Of a stretch of 63,950 nt of DNA, positions 36,720 through 51,104 are shown piece after piece. Source of the stretch: Chiloscyllium plagiosum (taxonomy: Eukaryota); NCBI RefSeq assembly GCF_004010195.1, contig NC_057758.1, positions 2,578,205 through 2,642,154 of the forward strand, read 5' to 3'. The stretch's first letter is position 1, and the number at the start of each line of letters is the position of its first letter. Under the pieces are notes generated by a model. That model saw only the letters and a list, made by a program, of their open reading frames with translations. It was not told where the DNA came from and did not search any database. The position numbers were made by a program, and so were the translations under genes.

Positions 36720-39575
36720 TGTCGGATATGTACATCGCTAGATGGCCAGCATTTATTGCACTTCCTTTGTTAAGTTTGAGATGGTGGTGGTGAGCTGCCT
36801 TCTTGAACAGTTGCATTGCACCTGTTATTCGTTGACCCACAATGCCATGAGGGAGGGAATTAAAAGATTGTGATCCAGGGACAGTGAACGAACAGCACGA
36901 AATTTCCAATTCAGAATGGTTAGTGGCTTGGCGGGAATCCTGAAGGTATTAGTGTCCCATATACCTGCCTCCCTTGCTCTTTTCGATGGAGGTGCTCAAG
37001 GTGAGGTCTGACGATACTTGGTGAATGTCTGCAGTATCACTTGTCGAAAGTATACACTGCTGCAACTGAGCTTTGTTGGTGGAGGGAGTGGATGCTTGTG
37101 GATTTAGTACCAATCAAGCGGCCTGCTTTGTCCTGGATGGTGTCAGGTTTCTTACGTGTTTTGGGGCTGTACGTTTCCAGATATTTAAGGAGTATTCCAT
37201 CACACTCCTGACTTGTAGCTTGTAGATGGTGGACAGACTTTACTATCTACTTGCCGCAGTACTCATTTGCTCCTCTGGTGGTTTTGTTTCGGTGGTCAGT
37301 CCACCTCTTTTTCTGGGCAATGATAAGCTCAGAATGTTGATAGTGGGGGAATTCAGTGATGGAAACAGCATTAAGTACAAAACGGCTTTGTTGAGTTTGT
37401 CTCTTATTGGTGATGGCCATGGTCTGGCATTTGTGTGGCGTGACTGTCACTTGGGACTTCTCAGCCTAAACCTGGACATTGTTCATACCTTGTTGCATTT
37501 GGATTGCTTCAGTATCCAAATGGTGCTGAACGATATGCAGTCATCGAAGAATATCCCCACTTCTGACCTTATGTTGAATGGATGGTCACTGATAAAAGCA
37601 GCTGAAGATAGTTGGGCAAAGGGCAATACCTTGAGGTACTAATGCACGGGTGTCCTGGAGCTGAGATGACCGACCTCCAACAACCACGGGCATCTTCCTA
37701 TGTGTCACAAATAACTCTAAACAACGCGGATGTTGTCCTGGTTCGATTTGGTTCCAGAATTGCCAGGGCCTCTTATCTTCAAGTGTGACTTTTGCTTTTC
37801 TTGGCATGCCCTTGCGTACACTCCATTCGAATGCAGCCTTGACATCAAAAACTGTCACCTCACCTCCCCTTTGGAATTCAGCTGTTTTGTCCACGTTTGA
37901 AAACATCTTTAATGAGGCCAGGAGCAGAGTTACCTTGGTAGAATCCAAACTCCGGCGTCACCAAGTTAATTGCTGAGCATGTACTGCTTGTTGGAATGTT
38001 CATGACACCTTCCATCACTTTGTTGATGTTCAAGAGTAGAGTTATGCGGCCGTAATTGGCCGCATTGGATTTGTGTAATTTTTATTGTACAAAACATACC
38101 AGGGTTAGTTTGCAAGTTGTCTGGTAAATGCTGGTATTTTAATTTAATTGGAACAGCTCAGCTAGTGGAGGGAAACATTCTGGAAAATAAATCGTCAGTA
38201 CTATTATAAGATTATAGACTTTGCAGTATTCATTATCTCCAAACACTTCTTGATAACACATGGAGTAAATTGAATTGGCTGACGAGTGGTACATGTAATG
38301 CTTGAGAGCATTGAACGAGACCAAGATGGACCATCTATTCGGCATTTCTGGTTGAATATTGATGGGAAAGCTTGACCCTTATGTTTTGCATTGATGTGCT
38401 GGCCTCTTCCATTATTGTAAATTGATATCGTTGTGGAGTCTTCACCTCCAGCAAGTTGTTTAATCGTCCATCGCCATTCAAGACAGCCAGTGGCAGAAAT
38501 GCAGGTTTCAGATCTGATGTGTTGGGTTGTGGGATTGTTTGATTGGTCTATCTCTGCTATGTATGCTGTTTGGAATGCAAGTATTCATACTTGGTGCCAT
38601 CATTAGGCTTACACCTTATCTTCTAGTATGACTTTTGCTTTTCTTGGCATGCCCTTGCGTACAGGGTTTAAACAGGGTTGATCTACTGGTGTAATGGCAT
38701 TTTTAAGTGCGGGATATGCTGGGCCATGAGTTTACAGATTGTGCTGAAATACATCTCTGCTTCTGTGGCTTGCCGAAAACTCCGCATTGATGCCCAGTCT
38801 TGTGTTGCTAAATCTGTTTGAAATGTGTTACACGATGGAGATTATTCTAACTGTGAGTTTGGACTTAATCTCCACAAGGATTGTGCGGTAGTCACTCTTA
38901 CCGATAGTATCATACAGTTGCATTTTCAGATGCCAGATTGGTGAGGGTGAGTGTAAGTTTGCTTTTACCTTGTTGTCTCCCTAACCACCTGCCACGGAAC
39001 AAGTCAAACAGTTGTGTCATTTTCGACCCGACAAGCTCGATCACTAGCACTGCTGACGAGCCATTATTGGTGTTGGATATTGAAATCCCCAGCCCAGAAT
39101 AAATTTATTGCCATTGCAATCTGCAGTGCTTCGTCCAAGTGTTATTAAGCATAGATAAGTACAATCCATCAGCTGAGGCAATATGTGGTGATCAGCAGGA
39201 GGTTTCTATGCCTTGCTTAACTTGAAGCCAGAAACTTTCATGAGGTTTGGAATCAATGTTTAGGTGTCCCAATAAAATTTCCTCTAGATTGTACAAGAAA
39301 GTGCCGTCACGTTTGCTGGGACTGTTCTGCCATTGGGGCAGGACATATCCAGGGATAATGACGGTGGTATCTTAGACACTGCCTGTGTGGTATGATTCTG
39401 TAGGTTTGACTATGTCAGACTGTTGCTTAAAAGAGTCTGTGAGGGAGCTTTCCCATATTCGGCAGCAGCCCAATGATTTTAGTAAGGAGGAAATTGCAAG
39501 GTCGACAAGGCTGCTTCTGCGTCTTCTTTTCCAATGTTTTGGTCGACGACATATGATCCACCCAATTTCAATTGT
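36720..39575 (-). mobile_element. Degraded LINE (CR1/L2 group, distinct family), ORF2 endonuclease to 3' end
   Basis: Reverse strand reads FDVKAAFE...VVVGGRSSQLQD...VPQGIALCPTIFSCF, WQTLALSKEIG (the reverse-strand reading of 37424-37392) and GDFNIQHQ. It splits a + strand CR1 (36455-36690 and 39925-40525). Confidence 0.75.
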
Positions 39576-39599
39576 TTGAAAATATGTACCAGTTGGTAA

Positions 39600-39895
39600 A
39601 ATTGAATGGCTTGCGAGGCCATTTCAGATGTCAATTGGAAGTTACTCCCATTTTTCTGTGTGTGGAGTTACATGTCAATCAGACCAGGTGAGGACAGCAG
39701 ATTTAACGACCCTGACGGACGTGAGTGAAGCAGATGGCTTTTTTCAATAATGGGCAACGATTTCATGATCATCAGTGGATTCTGAATTCCAGATTTTTTT
39801 CTTACTGAATTGAAATTTCAACGTGCGCTACAGTGCGAATCGAACCCACATCCCCATAACATTACCTTGGACTCTGTATTAATAGTCCAGGCTTA
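39600..39895 (-). mobile_element. tRNA-derived SINE-like segment next to the LINE 5' end
   Basis: The reverse strand has a B-box-like GGGTTCGATTCGC, preceded by GGACTATTAAT.CAGAG.CCAAGGTAATG. Confidence 0.5.
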
Positions 39896-39924
39896 ATACA
39901 AGCAACCCACTGCCTTCTCCCGGG

Positions 39925-40525
39925 AATATAAGAAAATGAAAGTCTTAGTTCAACTGTTCAAGGTAGTGGTGAGACCATATCTGAAACGCTGTGAGGTTAT
40001 TTGCTACATTTATTTCAGGAAATACGTCATTTCCTTGGACTTGGGTCAGGGAAGGTACACTCGGATGATTCTTGGTATGAAGGGGTTGTCTTATGATCAA
40101 ATGTTAAACAGTCCATATTTTTACTCGCAGGAGTTTAGAAGAATGAGAGGTGCCCTCACATGAAATATAAAGAGTTCTTAGCGGAGGTTGACACTGTAAA
40201 TGCTGAGGAAATCTTTTCTATGCATGGGAGAATCAAGGATCAAAGTCTCAGAATAAATAATTGTCTAATTCAGACTGAGATAGAGAAAAATACTCTTCTC
40301 TCAGAGAGCTGTGAAAGTTTGGAACTCCTTTCAACAGACAGCTTGGGGGCCAGAGTGCTTGAACATATTTAACACTAAGAGGACAGTTTTTGATCAGTCG
40401 GGGATCAAGAGTTACAGGGAAAGGGCAGAAAATTCGATGTGAGGAATGTTGGAACAGCCATGATCCTGTCGAATAGCAGAGCAGGTTTGAAGGGTGAATG
40501 GCCTACTCCTCGTCCTACGTGTTAT
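39925..40525 (+). mobile_element. CR1 3' fragment, continuation of 36455-36690
   Basis: KVLVQLFKVVVRPYLKRC...GMKGLSYDQ...EFRRMRG, with a 3' UTR GAATGGCCTACTCCT. Confidence 0.75.
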
Positions 40526-41246
40526 TGGCTGTACCCCGGCTGTTATAGAACCTTCGGTGTTGTCATCACTCCATACCACAAACTAGACCAGAAGCCAGCT
40601 GAGCTGCGCAACACCAACAATGACTCCACCACAATTGTATGAAGGTAGTAATTTCAACAAGGGCTCTCAGATGGTTATACATAAGAAGAGGACAGGGGAG
40701 AGCCGGGGTAAATAATTGAGAAACAGAAATGGAATGCTTAGGGGAATTACTGTGGATGTAGAAGTGGAAAAAGCGAGACAATGATCAGCTTGAAGCAGTG
40801 TGTTGAAGACACAGAGATAGATAGAGACATACATGTAAAAAGAGACAGAAAAGCAGAGTGAGCTGCTGACATGGTGACAGATCAGAAAACGTGCAGAAAT
40901 AAAGGAAATAATCTACAGCATCTTCCAGAATCTCCGGAGGTCCCAAAGTGTTGGACAAGCATGTCACGAATAATCAGTGATGTCAGTGCTTCAATTGGCA
41001 AGGCAAGACAGCTAACTTGTATGCAGTCAGCTCTCAATGTTGGCAACAAAGAAATGGCTGGTCTGGCTGAGCGGTAGTTATTCATGTCAGAGCACTGAGG
41101 GAGTGGTGGGCAAAGTTCAAGGCTTGCTTCCAAGAAATGGAACACATTCAGTCACCCGGAGAGAGACAACAATGGGAACGGAGAGAAAAATGAGTGGAGA
41201 ATCAGGATAATCTGTTTCACGTTGGTTAACTGTAACCTGCCACGTG

Positions 41247-44200
41247 AAGACCAGAAGACCATACGAGCAGAAATAGACGATTCAGCCTATCGAATCTCCT
41301 CCACCATTCAATCATGGTTAATAGGTGTTCAAATGACATTTTTCTGATTTCTCCCCATACATGTCGTCCCATTAGCAATCAAGATCTGATCTACCTCTAT
41401 CTTAAACATACTCAATGACGTGGATTTCACAGTTGTGTGTGCCAATGAATTCCACAGATTCACCACTCTATGGCTGAAGAAGGTTCGTCTCATCTCCGTT
41501 CTAATGGGTCTTACCTTTACTTTAAGGCAGTTCTTTCGGCTCCACGTCTCTCCTGACAAAGAAAACATCTTCGTAGCGTCTATTCTGTCCAGGCCGTTCA
41601 ATATTCTGTCCATTTCAACCCGATCCCCCAACCCCTAGTCTTCTCAACTCCACCGAGTATAGCCCCAGTATCACATAACGTTCCTCATGTGTTAATATTT
41701 TCATTGTTGACGTCGTTCTCGTATACATCCACTGATTTTTTTGCATACTCTTGTGTTTTGACGAAAGCCTTATAAAACCTCAGAAGTTCATGCCTGCTTT
41801 TATATTCTAGTCCTCGCGAGATGAACTGAAAAATACATCTGTCTTCTAATTAAAGGCTCTACCTGCAAGTTTACCTTCAGAGGATCCTGGACGAGGACTC
41901 TCAAGTCCGCTTATACGCCTGATTTCTGACTTTTCTCTCCATTTTGAAAATAGTCCATGCCTTTTTTTAAGAAAAAACGCATGACTTCACACTTGGCCAC
42001 ATTTTATTTCAACTGCTAATTCTTTGCTCATTCCCATAAGCTTTCCAAATAGTTCTGCAGCTTCGTGGCCTCCCCAATATCACGAGCCCGTCCACCTATC
42101 TTTGTATTGCCTGCAAACTAGCCGAATTCCCTCAATTCATTCATCTTGATCAATATGTAAATTGAAAAGTTGTGATCCCAACACTGACCCTTATGGAACA
42201 TTATCAGTTACTGGCTTCCATCTGAGAAGGACCCTTCTATATCCACTCTCCGACTTCTGAGAGACAGCTAAATTTTCTGTCCATGCTCGTACCTTGCATC
42301 TCAATCATATTACTCAGCAGCGTCCTGTGCGGCACCATATCAAATACCTCCAGGAAGTCCAAATAGATAACATTAATTGGCCCTCCTTGGTCTAACCTTC
42401 TCGTTACCTTCTCAAAACATTCTGCAAGATTGGTCATGCAAGATCTTGCTTTGATCAATCATTGCTGACTTTCCCCCATTTCAGCATGCACTTCGAAGTA
42501 ATCAGAAAGCTCATCCTTCGCAATGAACTCCAAAATCTTAACAACTGCGATCAAGTTAACTGGTCTATAATTTCCATGTTTTTGCCTTACTAACTTCTTA
42601 AAAGGGGTATGCGGGAGTTACATTAGCAATTTTGCAGTCCTCTGGGACTCTCGCTGACGCCAGTGATATCAAAAATGTCACGACTAAAGGCTTCACTATC
42701 TCTTCAGCTATATCCGTCTGAACTCCAGCGTGTAGCTCATCTGATTCGGCTGATTAATCTACTTTCCGACCTTTCAGTTGTTCTGGCGCCTTCGCCTTGA
42801 AGATGGCCACCGTACTAATGTGTGACCCCTAAGTCTCATGAATGCTTTGGATATTCCTCGTGTCTTCCACTGTGAAGACTGACACAAACTACTGCTTCAG
42901 TCCCTCACCCATTTCTGTGTGCCCCATTACCAATTCTCCAGCATCGTTTCCAGCTTTTGCCTGTCTTTTTCTGTCTATATATCTTCCTTAATTGCTTTAA
43001 CCTTCCCTCTTCCTCTTTCTTTGTTCATTGTCGTCTGTTGATCTTTGTAGGCTTCCCATTCCACTGGCTTCCCACTGCTCTTTGCCGCATGCTATGCTTT
43101 CTCCTTTACTTTTCTGCTCTCCTTGACTTCCTTGGTCAGCCGTGGTTGCCTCATCCTCCGTTTAGTATGCCTCTTTTCCTCCGTGATGAACGTTTGTTGT
43201 GTCTACAGAATTCCTCACAGAAACTCCTGCCCTTGCTGTTCCACTGTCTTTCCTGCTCAATTCCTTTCCCAGTCAGTTATGGTAGCTCCTTTATCATGTC
43301 TCTTTAGTTGCCTTTAGTCAACTGGAATACAAGTTGCATTTGATTGCACCTTCTCCTTCTAATATTGCAGAGTATGCTCTATCATGTTATAATCATTGCT
43401 TCCAATGATTCCTTCATCTTTAGCTCCCTTCTCAAGTGTGCCTCCTTGCACAACAAAAAATCCAGAATTGCCCCTTAACCAGTGGGCTCCACCACAAGCT
43501 GCTCCAAACAGTCTTCCGTTAGACATTCCACGAATTCATTTTCTTGCAATCCACTAGAAATATGATTTTCACAGTCCACATGCATAATGAAATCCCTAAT
43601 AGTCATTGTAATCTTACCTTTCTTATCAGCCTTTTCTGTGTCTCGGTGTGTCTTATGCCTTCGCCTGAGTACTGTTTGGAGGCAGATAATTCACCTTATC
43701 TGTGTTAAATTTTGCGGTTCCCCAACTCTACTCACACTGTTTCTACATCATATGAACCTACTTAGTTCATTAATATTTATTTAATTTCCTTTTATTGTTG
43801 CAAAAAGTCAACCACAGGCACTCTACCCATCTCCCTGTCTTTTGATAAGACCTATGTCCTTGGATAGTTAGCTCCCAGTTCTGATACCCGCGCAGCCACG
43901 CCTGTGTGATGCCCACTGTATTATATATGCCGATTTTGATCTGCTCATTCACCTTATTTCTTATACTGCGTGGATTCAGATGCAACAAATTCAGTCCTAT
44001 ATTGACCATCACTCTTCTCATTGTTCTCATATATCAAGTATTTTTGAAGTTTTAAACTGATCTTTACCAAACATTCTTTATTATCTTGTGTCCTGGAGAC
44101 TTTAATATGGTTTCCTGATTTCTCTTTTCTTTTCGTTTTTGTCATATTTTTCAATGCAGAAACGACCTCACAGCTGTTTACCTGCCGCTTTGCATCCCTT

Positions 44201-45805
44201 CACTTATTATACTTCTTGGCGGCATGGTCTTTGCCCCACTTCCTATTTTAAGTTCCTGATGACCACCCTACCTACACTTATCGCCAGAACACTTGCCTCA
44301 ACTCCGTTCAGTTGGGGAAAGTGCCCCATGAAAAGGAACCCCTCTTTCTCGGTCAGCTCTATCAGTGGCATGTTACTTCTCTTACTCTCGTGTCTATCTG
44401 CCAATTTGCGAATGGTTTGGGCAGTAATCCAGAAATTATGACCGCTGAGGATCTGTTCTTTATTTAGTTCCTAGCTTCTGATAATATATGAACAGGTCCT
44501 ATTTCCTAGTCTTGCCGATGTTATTTGGATGGACGTGAACCACAACAATTGGATCCTCCCCCTCCCTGTCCAATACTCTGGATGCTGCCTGACCTGCTGT
44601 GCTGTTCCAGCAATAAAGTTTCAACAATACTCTTCCTAGCCTACCAGTTATGTCCGGTACCCTGGCAACAGAAAAGCAGCGCACTTTTCAGGACTCCCAA
44701 AACTGTTTACAAAGGATATGATCGTTTCCCTCAATTTAGAATCCTCTACAACTGCCACGAAGTCAGAGTGTCATAGAGTCCTACAAGCCCTTTGGCCGAA
44801 ACAGTCTATGCCGATCAAAATATCTGTCTATGCTGATCCCATTGCCCTACACTTAGCCCTAATCCTTCTCATCATGTGCTATCCATGCATTTGTCCGAAT
44901 GCTTTTTAAAATGTTGTTAATGTACCCGCCTCAACGACTTCCACTGGCAGTTCATTCCGCATGCGTATCACTGTCCATGTAAAAAGGTTGCTACTCAGTT
45001 ACCTTGTATTCTAAACCCTCTAAACTTAAACTGATGCCCTCTAGTCCTTGATTCCTGAAACTAGCGTAAAAGCCTGAGTGCATTTCCCGTCTCCATGACC
45101 CTCATGATCTTACACATACTTATATGATAACCAGGCAGACTCCTACGCTTTGAAGAAAAAAACACTAGCTTGTCCCTTAACCCAAACCATTGAGTCCAAA
45201 TAGCAACCTCGTAAATTGCTTCTACACGCTTTCGAATTTAATAACAGCGGTCTTTAACAGGATGACCAGAACTGAACAAAATACTCCAAGTATCGACTCA
45301 CCAATATGCTATATATTTGCAGCAAAAGTTACCAGCTGCTCGACTGAATGCCCAGACTGTCGACCAGTGTATCAGAAGCCTTCTTCACTGCCGTTTCTAT
45401 CTGTGACTCTACTTTCAGAGAACTGTGAACCTGAACTCCAAGATCCAAGATGTCCCTACCATTCACCCCCTATCTTGATTTAACTTTCCAAAATACAACT
45501 TGTCTCACTTATAGACATTAAACTCCATTTACCATTTCTCTGCTCACATTCCCAGCTGATCCAGATCCTGATGCAATTACTAATAATCTTCCTCTTTGTC
45601 CACGATACCGCCTATTTCAGTGTCATCAGTAAATTTGCTTGTACATTCCAATCCAAATCATTTCACTTGTCTTTCTGTTCCCTGAACTGGAATGGCCGAC
45701 TTACTCTCGGTGCCATACGCCACTGCCCCATCCATCTCACAACTTTGCTACTCATCCAAGCAGGGAACAGATACCCTCTACAATTTGGATAAGGTCAACA
45801 GCTGA
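41247..45805 (-). mobile_element. Near full-length degraded CR1 LINE (ORF1 esterase, EN, RT, tail) with a nested CR1 (44763-45660) and a Penelope fragment (44578-44628)
   Basis: Contains RTEMRRTFFSHRVVNLWNSL, SCMTNLAECFEKVT...VIYLDF, LHLNPRSIRNKV...VGITQAWL, and the ORF1 SGNH-like CFSVARVPDI...GEDPIVVVHVHPNNIG. Confidence 0.82.
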
Positions 45806-48360
45806 ACATAGAACATAGAACACATAACTGTATAGCACGTTACAGGCCATTTGGCCCTCGGTGTCATGCTGAAACTTTATCCTATTCTCAAATCAAACTA
45901 ACCTACATATCCTTCATTTTACTATCATCCATGTACCTTTCCAACAGTCGATTAAAAGATCCTAATGTATCTGACTCTCCCGTCAACATTGGCAGTACAT
46001 TCCACTACTCTCTGTGTAAAGAACCGACCTCTGACATTTACTCCAAACCTTCTTCCAAACATCTTAACATTATACCTCCTTGCAATAAGTATTTCTGCCT
46101 TGGGAAAAAACTCTCTGACTCTTCATTTATTTATGTCTCTCATAATCTTGTACACTTCTACCCAATCACATTTCCTCCTTCTTCGTTCCAATGAGAAAAG
46201 CAATAATCACTCAAACTTTCTTCATAACACATGCCCTCCAGTCCAGACGGAACATCCTGTTCGTGGGCGGCACGGTGGCACGGTGGTTAGCACTGCTGCC
46301 TCACAGCGCTGGACACCCGGGTTCAATTCCCGCCTCAGGCGACTGACTGTGTGGAGTTTGCACGTTCTCCCCGTGTCTGCGTGGGTTTCCTCCGGGTGCT
46401 CTGGTTTCCTCCCACAGTCCAAAGATGTGCAGGGTCAGGTGAATTGGCCATGCTAAATTGCCCGTAGTGTTAGGTAAGGAGTAAATGTAGGGCTATGGGT
46501 GGGTTTCGCTTCGGCGGGTCGGTGTGGACTTGTTGGGCCGAAGGGCCTGTTTCCACACTGTAATGTAATCTAATCTAAAAAAAATCTACTCTGAGCCCTC
46601 TCCAATCCCTCCACATTCTTCCGACAATGAGGCGACTAGAACTAAACACAATACTACAAACGTGGTCGAACCAGGGGTCCATACAGCTGCACAATACCCT
46701 CAATACTCTTTGAAACAATATTCTGTTAAGGTAAGATAATGCACCATATGCCTTCTTAACTACCCCATCAACTTCGATGGCAACTTTGAGGGATCTCTGA
46801 AAAAGGGCACCAAAATCTCTCTGTTCCTCCATACTGCCAAGAAGCCTGCGTTTAATCCTGTATTCTGTATTCAAATTTGAATTTTCATAATGAATCACTT
46901 CACACTTTTACAGCTTGAACTCCATCTGCCACTCTAAGACCAGCTCTGCATCCTGTTAATATCCCGTTGCAATCTACGCTATCCACCACTGTAACAACCT
47001 TCGTGCCATCAGCAAACTTACTCACCCACCCTTCCACTTCCTCATTCAAGTCATTATTTTTTACAAAATCACAAAAAGCAGAGGACTGAGAACAGATCCC
47101 TGAGGAAAACCAATGGTCACCGACGTCCAGGCTGAATGCTTTCCAACCACAACCACTCTCTGTGTTCTATGGGCCAGTCAATTCTGTATTCATACCACCA
47201 TATTTCCCTCTATCCTATTCCTCCTCACTTTCAGAATGAGGAAACTTACAAACGCCTTTATTAACTCTATGTGCATCAACTCCGCTGCTTTACATTTATC
47301 AATGTGTTTTGTCAATACTCAGAATTCAGTAAGGCCTATTAGGTATGAATTGCCATCACACAGTCTGCTGACTCTCTCTAACTAAATTATGATTTTCCAA
47401 GTCATGATAAATTCTGTCTCAGAATCCTCCCCAAAGATTTACCCACCAAAAGCCTAAGATTCACTGGTCTGTAATTCACAGGATGATCCATATTCCTTTT
47501 CTTGAAGAAGAGAATAACATTTTCCAACTTCCACGCATCTAGTACGACTTCAGTGGACATGGGAACGCAAAGATCATCTCCAAAGGCACAATAATCTCTT
47601 TTCTCGCTTCCTGTAGAAAGTTGAGTGTATCATATCTGGCCCAGGAGACTTAACTACCTTTATGTTTCGCAATTTTTCAGCGCATCCTCGCTCTTACCAT
47701 CAACCTGTTAAAGCATATCAGGCTGTTTCACGCTCTCCTCAAGAATGGCAAGGTCCCTCTCAGTAAGGAATACTGAAAGACAGTATTCATTAAGTACCTC
47801 GCCTACCACCTCTGCCTCCAGCCACAAGCTCCCCCCACCGCCCCTCATTGGTCCAACCCTCACCTGCGGTCATTTTCTTCTTCCTTACATAAGTGTAGGA
47901 TGCCTCAGGGATTTCCTTATTCCTTCCCGCTAAAGTTTTTCATGTCGCCTCCTAGCACTCCTGAGTCGATTCTTCAGTTCTTTCCTGGATACCTTACAAC
48001 CCTCCAGAGTCCTGTTTTGATCCTTGATTCTTTAAACGTACAGCTGACGCTCCCTTACTGGAATCCCTCCACCTACCTCACTTGCAGTCACACGATGCTC
48101 TCCCTGTCCACAGGCAGTGTTTGTGAAAGTTCATCTACCAGGTATGACTGCCTCTGGAAACAAAGCTTCCTGGTGCTTCTCCAGCTCCCGGATGTGCTGC
48201 AGGGTTTGAAGCTCCGATTCCAGCTCAAAAACTCTGCAGTGGAATTCTTCCAGCAAAGAAAACTTCCTGCAGATGTGTTCAATGCAGTTCCCAATGTGAA
48301 CAGCCATTTCCCATGTCAAACAGCGACAGTACAACGCCTGCACAGCCACCTCTAATTAAT
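45806..48360 (-). mobile_element. Degraded CR1 LINE with internal deletions, retaining the ORF1 N-terminus
   Basis: (GAACATA)n tail, LGSMEEQRDFG...KKAYGAL, and ORF1 MAVQALYCRCLTWEM...HICRKFSLLEEFHCRVFELESELQTL (zinc finger and leucine zipper-like). Confidence 0.82.
46265..46577 (+). mobile_element. Full-length HE1-type V-SINE
   Basis: A box TGGCACGGTGG (46276-46286), B box GGGTTCAATTCC (46319-46330), V-SINE core, a LINE-like 3' end and a (TAATC)n tail. Inserted in a CR1. Confidence 0.93.
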
Positions 48361-51104
48361 TAACTTATTAATTAGTTAATCACTGATAAATTACTTTATC
48401 TCTGATTGGAATGTGTCTTTTTATCAAATCTCGGACAGATTTCCTAATAGGCAATCAGGCACAGCTTTCCTGTGACGTCAAGGAAGCTCTATTAATCGTC
48501 CCATCCAGCGTTGGAAACAGACAAGTATAGTCAGATCAGGACTACCGGGAAAAGACACTCGATAGTTTTTGGCATAATCTCCCAGTCTCTTTCAAGGAAA
48601 CTAACGTATCATTCTATGTGGAGTATCAATGAGTTTAAACACAAACGGAAAGTAATTTTCTCCATGTGAATGATGGCTGGAGTAAACAGCAACCATTTTT
48701 ATTTTCTCAAACAACATTGCCAAATTTATAATCTGAGAGGTCTGATGAGGAGAGGTGAGATATAAGACCAGTCTTCCAGGATTATAGATAGGGACACTTC
48801 CTCAAGACACAAGAGCCCTCAGTCGCTTGCCTTTTATTGTTGTATCTTGAAGAGTAACACGGTGATGACAATTTATGATGAGATTAATTTATCCTCCGTG
48901 ATAAGATCCTGTAGGTCAAACAATTGACAGAAGCATTTTCATTTTAGGATCTGATTCACCCAACTTATTCCAGGATGGCATGAGCATCCGGAATAAGGTG
49001 GGTAAGCTTGCTGCATGGGTTGGTTCCTGAGACTTCGATGTTGTGACCATTTCGGACACATGGATGGAGCAGGTCACAGGTTTAGGTGTTTCAGTAGATC
49101 TGGGAATGTAGTAAAAGAGGGTAAGGTGTGACATTGTTAGTCAAGGACAGTATTATGGTGTCAGAAAGGACGTTTGATGAGGACTCGTCTACTGAGATAG
49201 TCTGTGCTGACGTTAGAAACACGCAAGGAGATAACACCCCTTCGGGAGCTTTCAGTAGGCCTTCCAAAAGTTCCAGAAATGTAGCACAAAGGATTGCGAA
49301 GAGGATTCTGGATAGAAGCGAAAGTAGCAGGGTAGTTCTCATGGGCGACTGTCATTTTACAAATATTGCCTGGAAATGCTCTGCTTAGAGTACTTCAGAT
49401 GTTTTACTTCTTTATTCCAACGTGTGTGTGGGGGGGGGGGGGGGGGGGGGGGGGGAGGGTTCCTGACACAGTATGTAGTAAAGCCAACAAGACACGACAA
49501 CATATTAGATTTGGTACTGGGTACTTAAACAGGCCATGTGATGGATTTGGAGGTATGCGTGCACTTTTGTGCAAGTGACAATAATTCGGCGACATTTATT
49601 TTAGCAATGTAAACGGATAGGTATATCCTGCAAGGCAAGGCTTACAGTTAGGGGAAGGCAAATTAGGCGAAATTTGGGGTGCGTCGATGGGGAAGGGAAC
49701 TGCAGTGGATAGGCACAATTTAAATGTGGCGCTTGTTCAAGGAACAGCAACTGCGTGTGCACCTGCCAGGAGAGGGTGGAAGTGGTCGAGGAACGAAAAC
49801 GCAGTTAAATACAGACGTTGAACCTCTTTTCGAGTGAAGAAGAGAGGCTCATGTAAAGATGAGAGGGAGCGTTCAGTTTGGGCGCTTGAGAGTTACAAGT
49901 TAGTTAGCAAGGACCTAAAAAGAGAGCTAAGAACAGCCGGGGGTGGGGTGGGGGAAGATGAGAAGTCTGTGGCAAGTAGGATCAATGGAAAGCCGAAAGA
50001 TTTCTACAAGTATGTCAGTAATAAAAGAATGATACGGTAAGATTGAGGACAGTAAAGGACAGTAGTAGAAAGCTGTGTGTGGAGTCCAAACAGATAGGAG
50101 AGCCGCTAAATGAATAGTTTTCGTCAGTATTCACCCAGGAAAACAACAATGTTGTCGAGGAGAATACTGAATACAGGCTATTAGACTGGACGGAATGCAG
50201 CTTCATCAGGAGGAGGTATTAGCAATTCTCGAAGGTGTGAAAATAAAGTAGTTTCCTGGGCCTAATCGAATTTATCAAAGCATTCTCTGGGAAAGTAATG
50301 AGGAGATTGCATAAGTTTGGCATTGATCTTTGTGTCGCTTTTGTCTACAGTAATATTGCCAGAAGACTGAAGGATAGTAAGTGTTGATCCCTTATTCAAG
50401 AAGTAGAGTAGACACAAACGTGGTAATTCTGAACCAGTGAGCCTTACTTCTCTTGTGGGCAATAGTTTAAATTAGATTATAAGAGATAGGATTTAAAATT
50501 ACCTAGAAAGGAATAATTTGATTAGAGATAGTCAACACAATTTTTTAAAGGGTGGGTCATGCGTGAAAAACCTTATTGAGTTCTTTGAGAAGGTAACCAA
50601 ACTGCTGGATGAGGGTCAAATATGGATGATGTAGTGCATATGGATTTCAATCAAGCATTTAATAAGGTTCACCAATGTATGCTATTGCAGAAAATAAAGA
50701 TGCATGGGATTGAGGCTGATTTAGCGGTTTGCTTCAGAAATTGGCTGAATGTAAAAAAATACTTCCCATGTACCCTCCTGGCTCTTCTTAGCTCTCTCTT
50801 TAGGTCCTTCCAGGTTAACTTGTATCTCTAAAGAGCACTAATTGAACCTTCATGCCTCATCCTTATTTGAGACTGGAGTTCATTTGCTAGTGGTGTACCT
50901 TAAGGATCTGCTTTGGTGCCTTTGCTGTTTGTCATCCTTATAACTTAACAGGATGAGTCCGAAAAATGATGAGTTAGTAAATTTGCTGACGACTTTAAAT
51001 TCGGTTGAGTTGTAGACAGTATGCAAGGAGGTTGCAGGCTGCAGAGGGAGATAAATAAAATGCAGAGCTAGTCTGAGAGGTGGCGAATGGAGTTTAACGT
51101 GATA

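Noticed and set aside
46265..46335. tRNA-like sequence with A and B boxes
   Set aside because: It is a SINE head continuous with the V-domain and tail, not a tRNA gene.
49430..49455. G26 homopolymer and poly-Gly/poly-Pro ORFs
   Set aside because: It is a simple expansion inside a dead CR1, and its length may be a sequencing artefact.
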